A stretch of DNA of 40,000 bases from Peribacillus asahii (GTDB lineage: Bacteria > Bacillota > Bacilli > Bacillales > DSM-1321). The stretch lies in NCBI RefSeq assembly GCF_003570725.1, contig NZ_QWVS01000013.1, positions 1 to 40,000 on the forward strand. Direction: 5' to 3'. The position numbers and the translations under genes are program-made. Of the stretch, positions 8,788-17,409 are shown one piece after another. Positions within the stretch are counted from its first letter, which is position 1. Each line of letters begins with the position of its first letter. The notes under the pieces are model-generated. The model did not search any database, was not told the DNA's origin, and saw only the letters and a program-made list of their open reading frames with translations.

Positions 8788-9555
8788 GTGGATATTTTTT
8801 TAGGATTGGTATTTTTTGTTGCATTTATCGCTTTTCTTGTGTTTGCCATTTTAACAGTGGTTGCTTTGATTAAGAAGAATGGGCTGGTTAAGCGTCAACT
8901 TATCTGCACTGGTGGATCCATCGCGATGATGTTTATTAGTTTGAGCATTGCAGTAGCAATAGATGAAGAGGATAGCTCACAACCTGCAAGCATAGAGGTT
9001 GCTAAAGAAGAGAAGTTAACACCTGAAGAGGAAGCAGCTAAGAAAGAAGCAAAAGAAAAAGCCGAAGCTGAAGCAAGAGCTGAGAAGGAAGCGGAAGAAA
9101 AAGCTGCTAAAGAGAAAGCCGAACAAGAAGCAAAAGCTAAGAAAGAAGCGGAAGAACGTAAGAAAAAAGAAGAGGAAAGAAAGAAAGCGGAAGAAGAGGC
9201 CCGCATTGCAGCAGAGAAGGCTGAAGCTGAAAAGAAAGCAAACGCTCAACCCATTGAATATGCACAGCTCATCAAGAATCCTGATCGTCACGCTGGAGAA
9301 TATGTAAAATACACAGGAGAGATTGCTCAAATTCAAGAAGGAGATAATTCAACCGTAATACGTCTTGCAGTCACTCAAGAATCTTACGGATGGAATCCTA
9401 ATGATATCATCTGGGTTGAGTATGATGGATATACAGAATACGTAGATGGAGATGTGATTACTGTCTATGGAGAAATCTATGGAAGTCACACCTATACATC
9501 ACAAGCCGGATGGGAAATTACTATTCCAGCTGTGATTGCTGAATCATTTGAGTGA
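8788..9555 (+). CDS. Membrane-anchored protein with K/E/A-rich linker and a C-terminal domain of unknown function
   Basis: GTG start with SD AAGGGGGAG. Two N-terminal TM helices, an ~90-aa KEA low-complexity stretch, and an ~100-aa beta-rich C-terminal domain. Confidence 0.65.
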   Translation: MDIFLGLVFFVAFIAFLVFAILTVVALIKKNGLVKRQLICTGGSIAMMFISLSIAVAIDEEDSSQPASIEVAKEEKLTPEEEAAKKEAKEKAEAEARAEKEAEEKAAKEKAEQEAKAKKEAEERKKKEEERKKAEEEARIAAEKAEAEKKANAQPIEYAQLIKNPDRHAGEYVKYTGEIAQIQEGDNSTVIRLAVTQESYGWNPNDIIWVEYDGYTEYVDGDVITVYGEIYGSHTYTSQAGWEITIPAVIAESFE

Positions 9556-9760
9556 TCATTTCAAATTGTGACAACCGCACAAGAAGAAAATGTTCGTCTT
9601 CAAGTAATCTGACCGTTCGTACAAGAAGCCACTGATCCTATTGAACAATCGCTACCGTTACTTTAAGCACATTCCTTTACAATCACTGTAACTTATTGTA
9701 GCAAACAATAAAGCAGTTATATAAATCTAAGTTACTCAATAAACCATAGATAAATACAAG

Positions 9761-9797
9761 AAGATAAAGCCACGACCTGGAATCGTGGCTTTATCTT
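9761..9797. other. Perfect 15-bp hairpin abutting the integrase remnant
   Basis: AAGATAAAGCCACGA-cctggaa-TCGTGGCTTTATCTT. No clean U-tail, so it may be a terminator or a recombination scar. Confidence 0.5.
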
Positions 9798-9813
9798 CAT
9801 ACTACAACTATGA

Positions 9814-10190
9814 TCAGGCTGTAACTTCTTCTGTCGTGAATCCATTCAACACAAGCTTAGGCACTCTAGGTAACTCAACCTTATTCATTGGGCTTTCGAT
9901 TAAATACTCTTCCTTGACACACCTATTAAAGAACGCTTTAACCATTTTTGCCATTGATGTAAAACACTTTGTGGCTTAAGTCCAGACTTTTATTTCCCTC
10001 CTACATACGCTTTTAAATCATGTACTGTTACTGATTCTAACGCTGCAATACCTCGTTTCTCTTTTAAAAATACCTTCACCTGCTTTAATTCCTGACGTTT
10101 GTTTATCATGGTTTTATTTGTATACCCTTCAGCCATGCAATGATATAAATACTCATCAATTACATCTTCCAACAACACGAAAAAGACCAC
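9814..10190 (-). pseudogene. Tyrosine recombinase (phage integrase) N-terminal remnant
   Basis: 66-aa ORF with a SAM-like N-terminal domain ([31 protein letters not shown]...LKAYV). After a frameshift it continues as MAKMVKAFFNRCVKEEYLIESPMNKVELPRVPKLVLNGFTTEEVTA and then stops. The catalytic domain is missing. Confidence 0.75.
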
Positions 10191-10337
10191 CTTTCTGCTT
10201 AATCTTTCAACAAAAAAGTGGTCTTATATCAATTATTAGAATGATTAATCAACATGTACGTATAATGGCGATGAAAACTTAACCAAATAGAGAAAAATTT
10301 ACCCATAATCATCCTATTTTATCAATCAAAGAATGCT

Positions 10338-10360
10338 AAAAACCTATGTAGCAAGGTTTT
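10338..10360 (-). terminator. yneF terminator
   Basis: Minus-strand AAAACCT-loop-AGGTTTT followed by a T-run, overlapping the stop codon. Confidence 0.55.
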
Positions 10361-10574
10361 ATTTACCTTGTTGTTTATTCATTGCTTGCATCATTTGATT
10401 AATTTTCTTTTGCGATGGTTTTTGTCCCATTTGCATCATCATCATTTTTAACATTTGTTCATTAATTGGCGGATTTTTCTTCAAATAGTCCATCATGTAC
10501 TTACGAGCGATGAAAAATCCTAGAGCAATACCAGCAATCAATGCTAGAAAGCCAACTAGAATGTATAACCACAT
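10359..10574 (-). CDS. yneF: UPF0154 small membrane protein YneF
   Basis: 71 aa: N-terminal TM, then the [28 protein letters not shown] signature. Conserved position next to sirA. Confidence 0.85.
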   Translation of the reverse strand: MWLYILVGFLALIAGIALGFFIARKYMMDYLKKNPPINEQMLKMMMMQMGQKPSQKKINQMMQAMNKQQGK

Positions 10575-10658
10575 ACTATTTCCTCCTTCTTGTTGTCTAA
10601 CATCAGTGTACTAGACCAAAGGTTATTATACAATATTCCCTGCCGAAAAGTCCTCTAT

Positions 10659-11093
10659 TTAGACAAATTTTCTTTCCTTGATCGGCTTGAGCCACCCAAA
10701 ACGCTCATGATCGAAATCAATAGCCAAGAAGCTAGGCCCACATTTACGAATACATTCAAAAAAAGCCGTTTCTGCTACATAGTCTCCGCTCGATTGAATC
10801 TCTAGAAAATCTCGATGAATCCATAAAGAAGCACAACTCCTGCCACTATTCTTTTCTAAGTAATATCCCCCATTTTGATAGCAAAAATTCTGCTTCTTTT
10901 GTTGTTCAATCACTTTCTTCACTTGCTCATTTGGAATAATTTTCGTTACATATTCAATTTGCTTGTGTAAAATATCTCGTAAAGATCCCGTTGTCTGAAT
11001 ATATTCCAAAAATAAATTGAAAAGTGACCTTTCTCTTCCAAAATAAAGCTGAGCAACTTCCTCTTCTATTAAATAGACTCGATAGGTTCTCAT
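10659..11093 (-). CDS. sirA: Sporulation inhibitor of replication SirA (YneE)
   Basis: 144 aa, alignable to B. subtilis SirA: YLIEEE...YFGRE, SGDY.AET.FFE..RK..P.FLA.DF...R.GWL.P.KER.FV. Located between tkt and yneF. Confidence 0.85.
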   Translation of the reverse strand: MRTYRVYLIEEEVAQLYFGRERSLFNLFLEYIQTTGSLRDILHKQIEYVTKIIPNEQVKKVIEQQKKQNFCYQNGGYYLEKNSGRSCASLWIHRDFLEIQSSGDYVAETAFFECIRKCGPSFLAIDFDHERFGWLKPIKERKFV

Positions 11094-11259
11094 TCAGCCA
11101 ACGCCTCCTCACACTTAATTTTTAATAACACATCATAGCAAAATCATATTTTTATATCCATCTAAAAATAGATTTATTTAGCATATTAAAATTCACTTCC
11201 ATTATATAGGATTCACCTAAAAAGATATGTTGTTTATTGAAAAAAAAAATTAGAACTTT

Positions 11260-11266
11260 TGTCGAA
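11260..11266 (+). promoter_or_regulatory. Consensus Spo0A box (TGTCGAA) upstream of sirA
   Basis: Exact 7-mer TGTCGAA about 170 nt upstream of the sirA start. sirA is a known Spo0A~P-activated gene in B. subtilis. Confidence 0.4.
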
Positions 11267-11327
11267 AGAAATCTAGTTAATCCAAAAAGCGTGCTAAAAC
11301 TTCACTTACTTTCATACTTTTTGACGA

Positions 11328-11363
11328 TAAAAAAACTGACATCACAAAATGCGATGTCAGTTT
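11328..11363 (-). terminator. tkt terminator
   Basis: 10-bp stem AACTGACATC/GATGTCAGTT followed by TTTTTT on the minus strand. Confidence 0.85.
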
Positions 11364-11371
11364 GACTTCTA

Positions 11372-13378
11372 TTATTGTTGAACTAACGTTTTAACTCGAG
11401 AAACGATATTTTCAACTGTAAAACCAAATTCCTTCATAATTCTTCCGCCTGGTGCAGATGCTCCGAAGTGATTAATTGCTAAAATATCACCTTCATCGCC
11501 TGTGTAGCGGTCCCAACCAAATGGTGAAGCTACTTCTAACGCTAGACGCTTTTTAATAGAAGGATTTAAAACACTTTGTTTGTATTCTTTCGTTTGAGCT
11601 TCAAAGCGATCCCAAGATGGCATGCTGACAACGGCAACATCAATACCTTCTGATGCTAAAGCTTGTTGTGCTTCCACAGCTAAGCTCACTTCTGAACCAG
11701 TTGCAAGTAATAATGCATCAGCTTCTTGTTTTGTCGATGGAGACACGATGTAAGCCCCTTTAGATACACCTTCTAAAGCTAGTTCAGCTGTATTTTTCAA
11801 CGTTGGCAGACCTTGACGAGTTAATACAAGAGCTGTCGGTTTATCCTCTGATTCAAGAGCTAGCTTCCATGCTGCCGCTGTTTCATTTCCGTCTGCTGGA
11901 CGAATTACACCTAGGTTTGGCATCGCACGTAAAGAAGCTAATTGTTCGATTGGTTCATGAGTAGGACCATCTTCCCCTACTGCAATACTATCGTGAGTAA
12001 ACACGTATGTGACTGGAAGCTTCATTAAAGCAGCTAGACGAATTGCTGGACGTAAGTAATCCGAGAATACGAAGAATGTTCCTCCAAACACTTTTACACC
12101 GCCATGTAACGCCATTCCATTTAAAGCAGCACCCATTGCGAATTCACGAACACCGAACCAAATATTACGACCGCTATATTCACCTGGGACAAGATCTGCT
12201 TCTCCTTTAATCGTCGTGTTGTTAGAACCAGCCAAGTCAGCTGAACCACCAATAAAGCTTGGCACGTTTTTCGCAATGGCATTCAACACTTCACCACTTG
12301 ATGCACGTGTTGCTAATGATTTACCTTCCTCATATACAGGAATATTTTGATCCCAACCTGCAGGAAGCTCGCCTTTAATAGCAGCTTCTAATTGACTAGC
12401 AAGTTCTGGGTATGCTTCTTTATAATTTGCAAATAAGTCTGTCCACGCTTGCTCTTTTTGACTTCCTGCTTGTACACACGCTTCTGTAAAGTGGCTGTAC
12501 ACTTCATCAGGAACGTGGAAGTCTTTTTCAAACGTCCATTTGTAAGCATCTTTTGTTAATTTTAATTCATCTGCACCTAGTGGAGCACCATGAACAGATG
12601 ATTTACCAGAACGGTTTGGTGAACCATATCCAATAACTGTTTTCACTTCAATTAATGTCGGACGATTCTCATCCGCTTTCGCTTCTTCAATCGCTTTCGC
12701 AATTTCACCTAAATCATTGCCATCTTCGACACGTAAATACTGCCAACCATATGCATCGAAACGCTTCGCTACACTTTCACTAAATGATTTATCTAAATCA
12801 CCATCTAATGAAATATCGTTTGAATCATATAACACGACTAAGCGACCTAATTTTAAGTGACCAGCTAGTGAAGCCGCTTCTGCTGAAACACCTTCCATTA
12901 AATCACCATCGCCACAAATACTATATGTAAAATGGTCAACTACATTATATCCATCTTGGTTATACGTTTCAGCTAAATGACGTTCTGCCATTGCCATTCC
13001 AACTGCCATCGCAATCCCTTGTCCAAGTGGACCTGTTGTCGCATCTACTCCAGCTGTATGACCGTATTCCGGATGTCCTGGTGTTTTACTTCCCCATTGA
13101 CGGAAATTCTTTAAATCATCTAATGATAAATCATATCCAGATAAATGAAGTAAGCTATATAAAAGCATAGAACCATGACCTGCTGAAAGTACAAAGCGGT
13201 CTCTATTAAACCAGTTTGGATTTTTTGGGTTATGGTTCATAAATTGAGTCCATAATGTATACGCCATTGGAGCTGCTCCCATTGGCATACCGGGATGACC
13301 TGAATTAGCTTTTTCAATTGCATCAATCGACAATGTTCGAATCGTATTGATGGCTAATGTATCGATGTTTTCTGACAT
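11372..13378 (-). CDS. tkt: Transketolase
   Basis: 668 aa, full length. TPP-binding motifs ([12 protein letters not shown]) and the [13 protein letters not shown] motif. Confidence 0.97.
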   Translation of the reverse strand: MSENIDTLAINTIRTLSIDAIEKANSGHPGMPMGAAPMAYTLWTQFMNHNPKNPNWFNRDRFVLSAGHGSMLLYSLLHLSGYDLSLDDLKNFRQWGSKTPGHPEYGHTAGVDATTGPLGQGIAMAVGMAMAERHLAETYNQDGYNVVDHFTYSICGDGDLMEGVSAEAASLAGHLKLGRLVVLYDSNDISLDGDLDKSFSESVAKRFDAYGWQYLRVEDGNDLGEIAKAIEEAKADENRPTLIEVKTVIGYGSPNRSGKSSVHGAPLGADELKLTKDAYKWTFEKDFHVPDEVYSHFTEACVQAGSQKEQAWTDLFANYKEAYPELASQLEAAIKGELPAGWDQNIPVYEEGKSLATRASSGEVLNAIAKNVPSFIGGSADLAGSNNTTIKGEADLVPGEYSGRNIWFGVREFAMGAALNGMALHGGVKVFGGTFFVFSDYLRPAIRLAALMKLPVTYVFTHDSIAVGEDGPTHEPIEQLASLRAMPNLGVIRPADGNETAAAWKLALESEDKPTALVLTRQGLPTLKNTAELALEGVSKGAYIVSPSTKQEADALLLATGSEVSLAVEAQQALASEGIDVAVVSMPSWDRFEAQTKEYKQSVLNPSIKKRLALEVASPFGWDRYTGDEGDILAINHFGASAPGGRIMKEFGFTVENIVSRVKTLVQQ

Positions 13379-13464
13379 TTTTAAAACTTCCTTTCCTTAT
13401 ATGTACTTCTTTATATTATAGTGACATTCCCAATATAACAACTAAAATCATGAGAACTTTACAT

Positions 13465-13499
13465 AAAAAAAAGAATACAACTAGTATGTATTCTTTTTC
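13465..13499. terminator. Bidirectional terminator after ynzC
   Basis: AGAATACA-actagta-TGTATTCT, flanked by an A-run and a T-run. Confidence 0.75.
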
Positions 13500-13507
13500 T
13501 CTTTCAC

Positions 13508-13741
13508 TTAATGTAACCTTCTTTTTGCTTTAATATCTTTAATTTTTTGTGGAGTCACGTCTTTTCCTTCTGGATCAATAACAGTCATATGCTCCAACGT
13601 ATTGGACATAGATTGTCGAAATGTCTCTAAATATTCGCTACGAAGCTTCGTTTGCTCCTTTGCTTCTTCCATCGTTAAACCGACTTCTTTAGATTTTTTA
13701 GATAGCTCATTAATACGAGCTAATTTTTCTTTCGATAACAT
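13508..13741 (-). CDS. ynzC: UPF0291/DUF896 protein YnzC
   Basis: 77 aa. INELSKKSK..GLT.EE..EQ..LR.EYL signature. Third gene of the yneA-yneB-ynzC SOS operon. Confidence 0.85.
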   Translation of the reverse strand: MLSKEKLARINELSKKSKEVGLTMEEAKEQTKLRSEYLETFRQSMSNTLEHMTVIDPEGKDVTPQKIKDIKAKRRLH

Positions 13742-13798
13742 ACTCTCGCTCCTTCTATATATAACAGATACTCACATCGTATTAAAAAAGAAGCAAAA

Positions 13799-14467
<669 letters not shown>

Positions 14468-14477
14468 TTACCTACCT

Positions 14478-14789
14478 TTATTCAGCACTTGCCATACTTT
14501 GAATATGCTCATCTTGAGTAACAGGGATGACGATTGTTTCACCTGGCTGCAAAGCATCTGCACGTACTTCATTATATTCTTCTATCCAAGCAATGAATTC
14601 CGCTTTTGTCAAATGACTTTCTTCATACCGACTAGCAATGCTCCATAATGTATCGCCTTCCTCTATGAGAATAGACTGGAAATTTGCTGAAGAGTCTTCT
14701 TGAATTGTAAGAGAGAATAAGATTGATAAAAGAAACACAGCACCTGCTACCACGATAGTATAAAAATACTTTTTATAAAAAGCCTTCAA
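14478..14789 (-). CDS. yneA: SOS cell-division suppressor YneA (LysM domain)
   Basis: N-terminal TM plus LysM (IEEGDTLWSIASRY...GETIVIPV). Start placed at TTG 14789, 6 nt after GGAGGGG. Divergent from lexA with shared LexA boxes. Confidence 0.8.
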   Translation of the reverse strand: MKAFYKKYFYTIVVAGAVFLLSILFSLTIQEDSSANFQSILIEEGDTLWSIASRYEESHLTKAEFIAWIEEYNEVRADALQPGETIVIPVTQDEHIQSMASAE

Positions 14790-14806
14790 TGAAAACCCCT
14801 CCACCA

Positions 14807-14820
14807 CGAATGTTTGTTCT
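14807..14820. promoter_or_regulatory. LexA (Cheo) box 1
   Basis: CGAATGTTTGTTCT, one mismatch from the GAAC-N4-GTTC core. Confidence 0.65.
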
Positions 14821-14839
14821 GTTAACTCGAATTATAAAG

Positions 14840-14853
14840 CGAACAAATATTCC
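14840..14853. promoter_or_regulatory. LexA (Cheo) box 2
   Basis: CGAACAAATATTCC, one core mismatch. Confidence 0.65.
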
Positions 14854-14869
14854 TGTCAATATTCAATCT

Positions 14870-14883
14870 AGAACTTATGTTTG
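14870..14883. promoter_or_regulatory. LexA (Cheo) box 3, overlapping the lexA -35
   Basis: AGAACTTATGTTTG. It overlaps TTGTAC (14881-14886) of the promoter TTGTAC-N17-TATACT, which has TGg extended -10 context. Confidence 0.65.
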
Positions 14884-14942
14884 TACCCTATAACACATCA
14901 TGGTATACTATAGAAAAAAGATGAGGAGAAGAGGTGTTTCAA

Positions 14943-15566
14943 ATGACAAAGCTATCCAAACGTCAACAAGATATTCTTAATTTTATAAAAGAAGAAGTCC
15001 AAAAAAAGGGATATCCACCATCTGTAAGAGAAATCGGCGAAGCAGTTGGTCTTGCTTCTAGTTCAACCGTGCACGGACATTTATCACGCTTAGAAAGTAA
15101 AGGATTAATTAGACGCGATGCTACAAAACCACGAGCTATTGAAATTCTTGATCTAGATAAAGACAGTCACATCCCACAAAGCAACGTTATTAATGTTCCA
15201 CTTCTTGGAAAGGTTACAGCTGGCCTGCCTATTACCGCAATCGAAAATATTGAAGAATATTTTCCTCTGCCAGCGAATATGGCTCCTCATGATGAACAAG
15301 TGTTTATGTTAGAAATTATGGGTGAAAGCATGATTGAAGCAGGTATTCTTGACGGAGATTATGTGATTGTTAAACAGCAAAAAACGGCTAATAATGGGGA
15401 TATTGTCGTAGCCATGACAGAGGAAAATGAAGCTACAGTAAAGCGATTTTTTAAAGAGGAAAGCTACATCCGATTGCAGCCTGAGAATTCCACTATGGAA
15501 CCAATTCTTCTACACGATGTAACTATTCTTGGAAAAGTCATTGGATTATATCGTCACATTCAATAA
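14943..15566 (+). CDS. lexA: SOS repressor LexA
   Basis: [44 protein letters not shown]. Has the Ala-Gly cleavage region and the S24 peptidase Ser/Lys domain. Start at ATG 14943 after GAGGAGAAGAGGTG. Confidence 0.97.
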   Translation: MTKLSKRQQDILNFIKEEVQKKGYPPSVREIGEAVGLASSSTVHGHLSRLESKGLIRRDATKPRAIEILDLDKDSHIPQSNVINVPLLGKVTAGLPITAIENIEEYFPLPANMAPHDEQVFMLEIMGESMIEAGILDGDYVIVKQQKTANNGDIVVAMTEENEATVKRFFKEESYIRLQPENSTMEPILLHDVTILGKVIGLYRHIQ

Positions 15567-15588
15567 AAGCGCAACTCGCGCTTTTTTA
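15566..15588. terminator. Bidirectional terminator after lexA
   Basis: AAGCGC-aactc-GCGCTT followed by TTTTT. Confidence 0.75.
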
Positions 15589-15825
15589 TTTTAACCCTTT
15601 TTTCTCTAATTCTTCCTTTTGAATTCTTGCTTTTTTCGTCAACACATATGTGTTTTTATATACCGCATACATATTAACAACCAATGTGATAAACGCTGAT
15701 AATAGCCAAATAAATGCACTAATACTGTCTTCAGTAAACCAGTCCAATTTAATCCCAATCGTACTTAGGAAAAATAATAGAGCTGATAAAAAACCGGCCA
15801 GTAACGTTAAGAGGTCTTTAATCAC
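15586..15825 (-). CDS. Small 2-TM membrane protein, SPP1/XhlB-type holin-like
   Basis: 79 aa with two TM helices. The tail VYKNTYVLTKKARIQKEELEKKGLK resembles the W-F-K-N-N-Y-I-T basic tail of XhlB/SPP1-family holins. No adjacent lysin. Confidence 0.45.
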   Translation of the reverse strand: MIKDLLTLLAGFLSALLFFLSTIGIKLDWFTEDSISAFIWLLSAFITLVVNMYAVYKNTYVLTKKARIQKEELEKKGLK

Positions 15826-16249
15826 TACATTCCCCCCTTAAATAAATAGTGTCAGATCAGCAATAGTATCATACTTGTCCACTTTTAAAGGACGTAATCA
15901 ACTTACTTGTTCTGCATCATTATTTTATGCACACTATGGAAGAAAAGTGATACAATTCTTAGCCTATTTATCATCATCCCTCTATAATTATATACGGGGA
16001 ATTAACAACAATTAATTACTTATAGTTTACTAACACCGCTTTAGCTAAGGTTATATTAAATAGGCTTTGTTAAAATCGTATAAATCAACAATATTCATTA
16101 ACAAAGCCCTTAAATAAGAGAACTAACAAAACTCTCCATATATAATATAGCCTTTTCTAAAACAGACCTCTTTCTTATTAAATACATCTTATTGCCCAAA
16201 CTTATCTATCGCTCGATAATGTTGAACTGTAGCGCATTGTTATTCTGCT

Positions 16250-16498
16250 TTAATTAAATTCCCCTGCATGATATTTATTCAATAAGCGCTCTTGAACATA
16301 TTGCCTGCATTCGGGAGATAATAAAGACCTTTCAGGATGAATGATATCTCCAAAAGGTCTATCATCCAAAAATTTAACTTCTCCTTCAAATTCTCTCTCT
16401 AAAATGGCATCATATCCCTTTATTTTCACAAAAGTAGTGTTAAATCCCGTTGTGACAAAATCTACTATATACAAAACATGCTGATGCTTTTCAGACAT
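16250..16498 (-). CDS. Hypothetical protein (82 aa)
   Basis: ORF with a strong SD GGAGGAGGGA 6 nt before ATG 16498. The ORF-track start at 16537 lacks an SD. No family recognised. Confidence 0.55.
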   Translation of the reverse strand: MSEKHQHVLYIVDFVTTGFNTTFVKIKGYDAILEREFEGEVKFLDDRPFGDIIHPERSLLSPECRQYVQERLLNKYHAGEFN

Positions 16499-16732
16499 TG
16501 TGTGTCCCTCCTCCATATAATCCATAATTACATCCAAATCTATTGAAAAGCATATGTCAATAGATTCTCTAAAAGATAAAAAAACCGCTAGCGTTTAAAA
16601 CTTCAACAGTTCGAATAATATAGGCTTCTATGTAGAAATACATCGATAACCCCCATTAACATAACACGAATATTTGCAAACATATAATGGGTAATGAAAA
16701 TTATCATGATGTGATACAAACTAAAAAAGTAT

Positions 16733-16761
16733 AAAAAAAGACACCTCATTTAGGTGTTTTT
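16733..16761. terminator. Bidirectional terminator
   Basis: ACACCT-cattt-AGGTGT flanked by A7 and T4. On the minus strand it follows the 40-aa ORF. Confidence 0.7.
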
Positions 16762-16799
16762 CGTCATTGAATCTAATTATTGACAGACTTCTAAGCTTC

Positions 16800-16922
16800 T
16801 TATAAATCTGTTGTTTGCTCAAGTAGTTGATCAATATCTACTCTTTCTCGATTTAAAAAACAAGTCTCACCGACTGCATTACCTGTATCTTCCAATAATT
16901 TATCAATGTCTATTTGTTTCAT
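16800..16922 (-). CDS. 40-aa acidic peptide with an internal repeat
   Basis: MKQIDIDKLLEDTGNAVGETCFLNRERVDIDQLLEQTTDL. SD AAGGAG 9 nt upstream and a terminator downstream. The repeat is (I/V)DID(K/Q)LLE(D/Q)T. Below the ORF-track cutoff. Confidence 0.5.
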   Translation of the reverse strand: MKQIDIDKLLEDTGNAVGETCFLNRERVDIDQLLEQTTDL

Positions 16923-16950
16923 AAAAAAGAACTCCTTGAGGATATTTCCT

Positions 16951-17066
16951 AAAAAAAGACGGCCAGTACTAAAAAGAAACTGACCGTTTATGAAAAAAAA
17001 GAAAGCAATTAAAGTAATAACATTATTACTATACTTAGTATAAATTTTTTGTCGATTCTTGTCGAC
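16951..17066 (-). ncRNA. Module A: candidate Spo0A-controlled small RNA / attenuator leader
   Basis: Minus strand has TCGACA (17065-17060), N17, TATACT (17042-17037). Then an ~80-nt transcript with a 5' hairpin AGTAATAA/TTATTACT and a U/C-rich tract. Then a terminator ACGGTCAGT/ACTGGCCGT plus T7 (16951-16987). Plus-strand TGTCGAT-tct-TGTCGAC gives tandem 0A-like boxes. Paralog of 18814-18962. Confidence 0.45.
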
Positions 17067-17409
17067 AAGTAAATTGCGTCATAATATCTATAATTTCACA
17101 ATACTTAAAAGACACATGTAAGTCTCAGTATAAAAGTTCGCCTCTTTCTTAGCTAATCCTAATATTCGCCCTGTGCTTTCTCTCTCATTTTATGAAGCCG
17201 AGCAACTAATCCCCAAATTAGCCCGTTGTCAACGAGTATTATTTAACAAATCCACTTTCACGAAATCTGTCTTATTCGCCACCCTCTCTTATCAGCGACA
17301 ATCATATGTTTGATTTTCTGCTCATGCTCTTTTACCTAGTAGGCAAAACAAAAGAGCGAGCATTTAATACATTAAATGTTCACTCTTTTTATCCCTCAAA
17401 ACGCCCATT

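Larger units (their letters stand above)
2040..10338. mobile_element. Decayed genomic island inserted between ccdA and yneF
   Basis: ccdA and yneF are near neighbours in B. subtilis. Here about 8 kb separates them, holding a tRNA-like element, gene fragments, a serine recombinase, a GIY-YIG protein and a truncated tyrosine integrase. No convincing flanking direct repeats were found. Confidence 0.5.

Noticed and set aside
8895-9336. Two long antisense ORFs (103 and 106 aa) opposite the 255-aa membrane protein gene.
   Set aside because: They mirror the GAA/GCA/AAG low-complexity (KEA-rich) coding repeat. They lack an SD and produce Ser/Phe/Leu-rich nonsense.
2541-10321. CCTATTTT at 2541 and 10313 as island att direct repeats.
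   Set aside because: The match is only 8 nt in AT-rich DNA and is expected by chance.
16990-17043. Plus-strand mini-ORF MKKKKAIKVITLLLYLV, fully overlapped by the minus-strand module A RNA. Together with its module B counterpart (18854-18949, MSKKKTIIATRLPSIYIIKLLSKYVDINRIN) it looked like a type I toxin/antisense-RNA pair of the Ibs/Sib type.
   Set aside because: Neither ORF has an SD-like sequence. Their lengths (17 and 31 aa) and stop positions are not conserved. Differences between the copies are not biased toward synonymous sites. The conserved nucleotide blocks coincide with the -35, -10 and terminator on the opposite strand. Not fully excluded, but the minus-strand RNA explains the conservation better.
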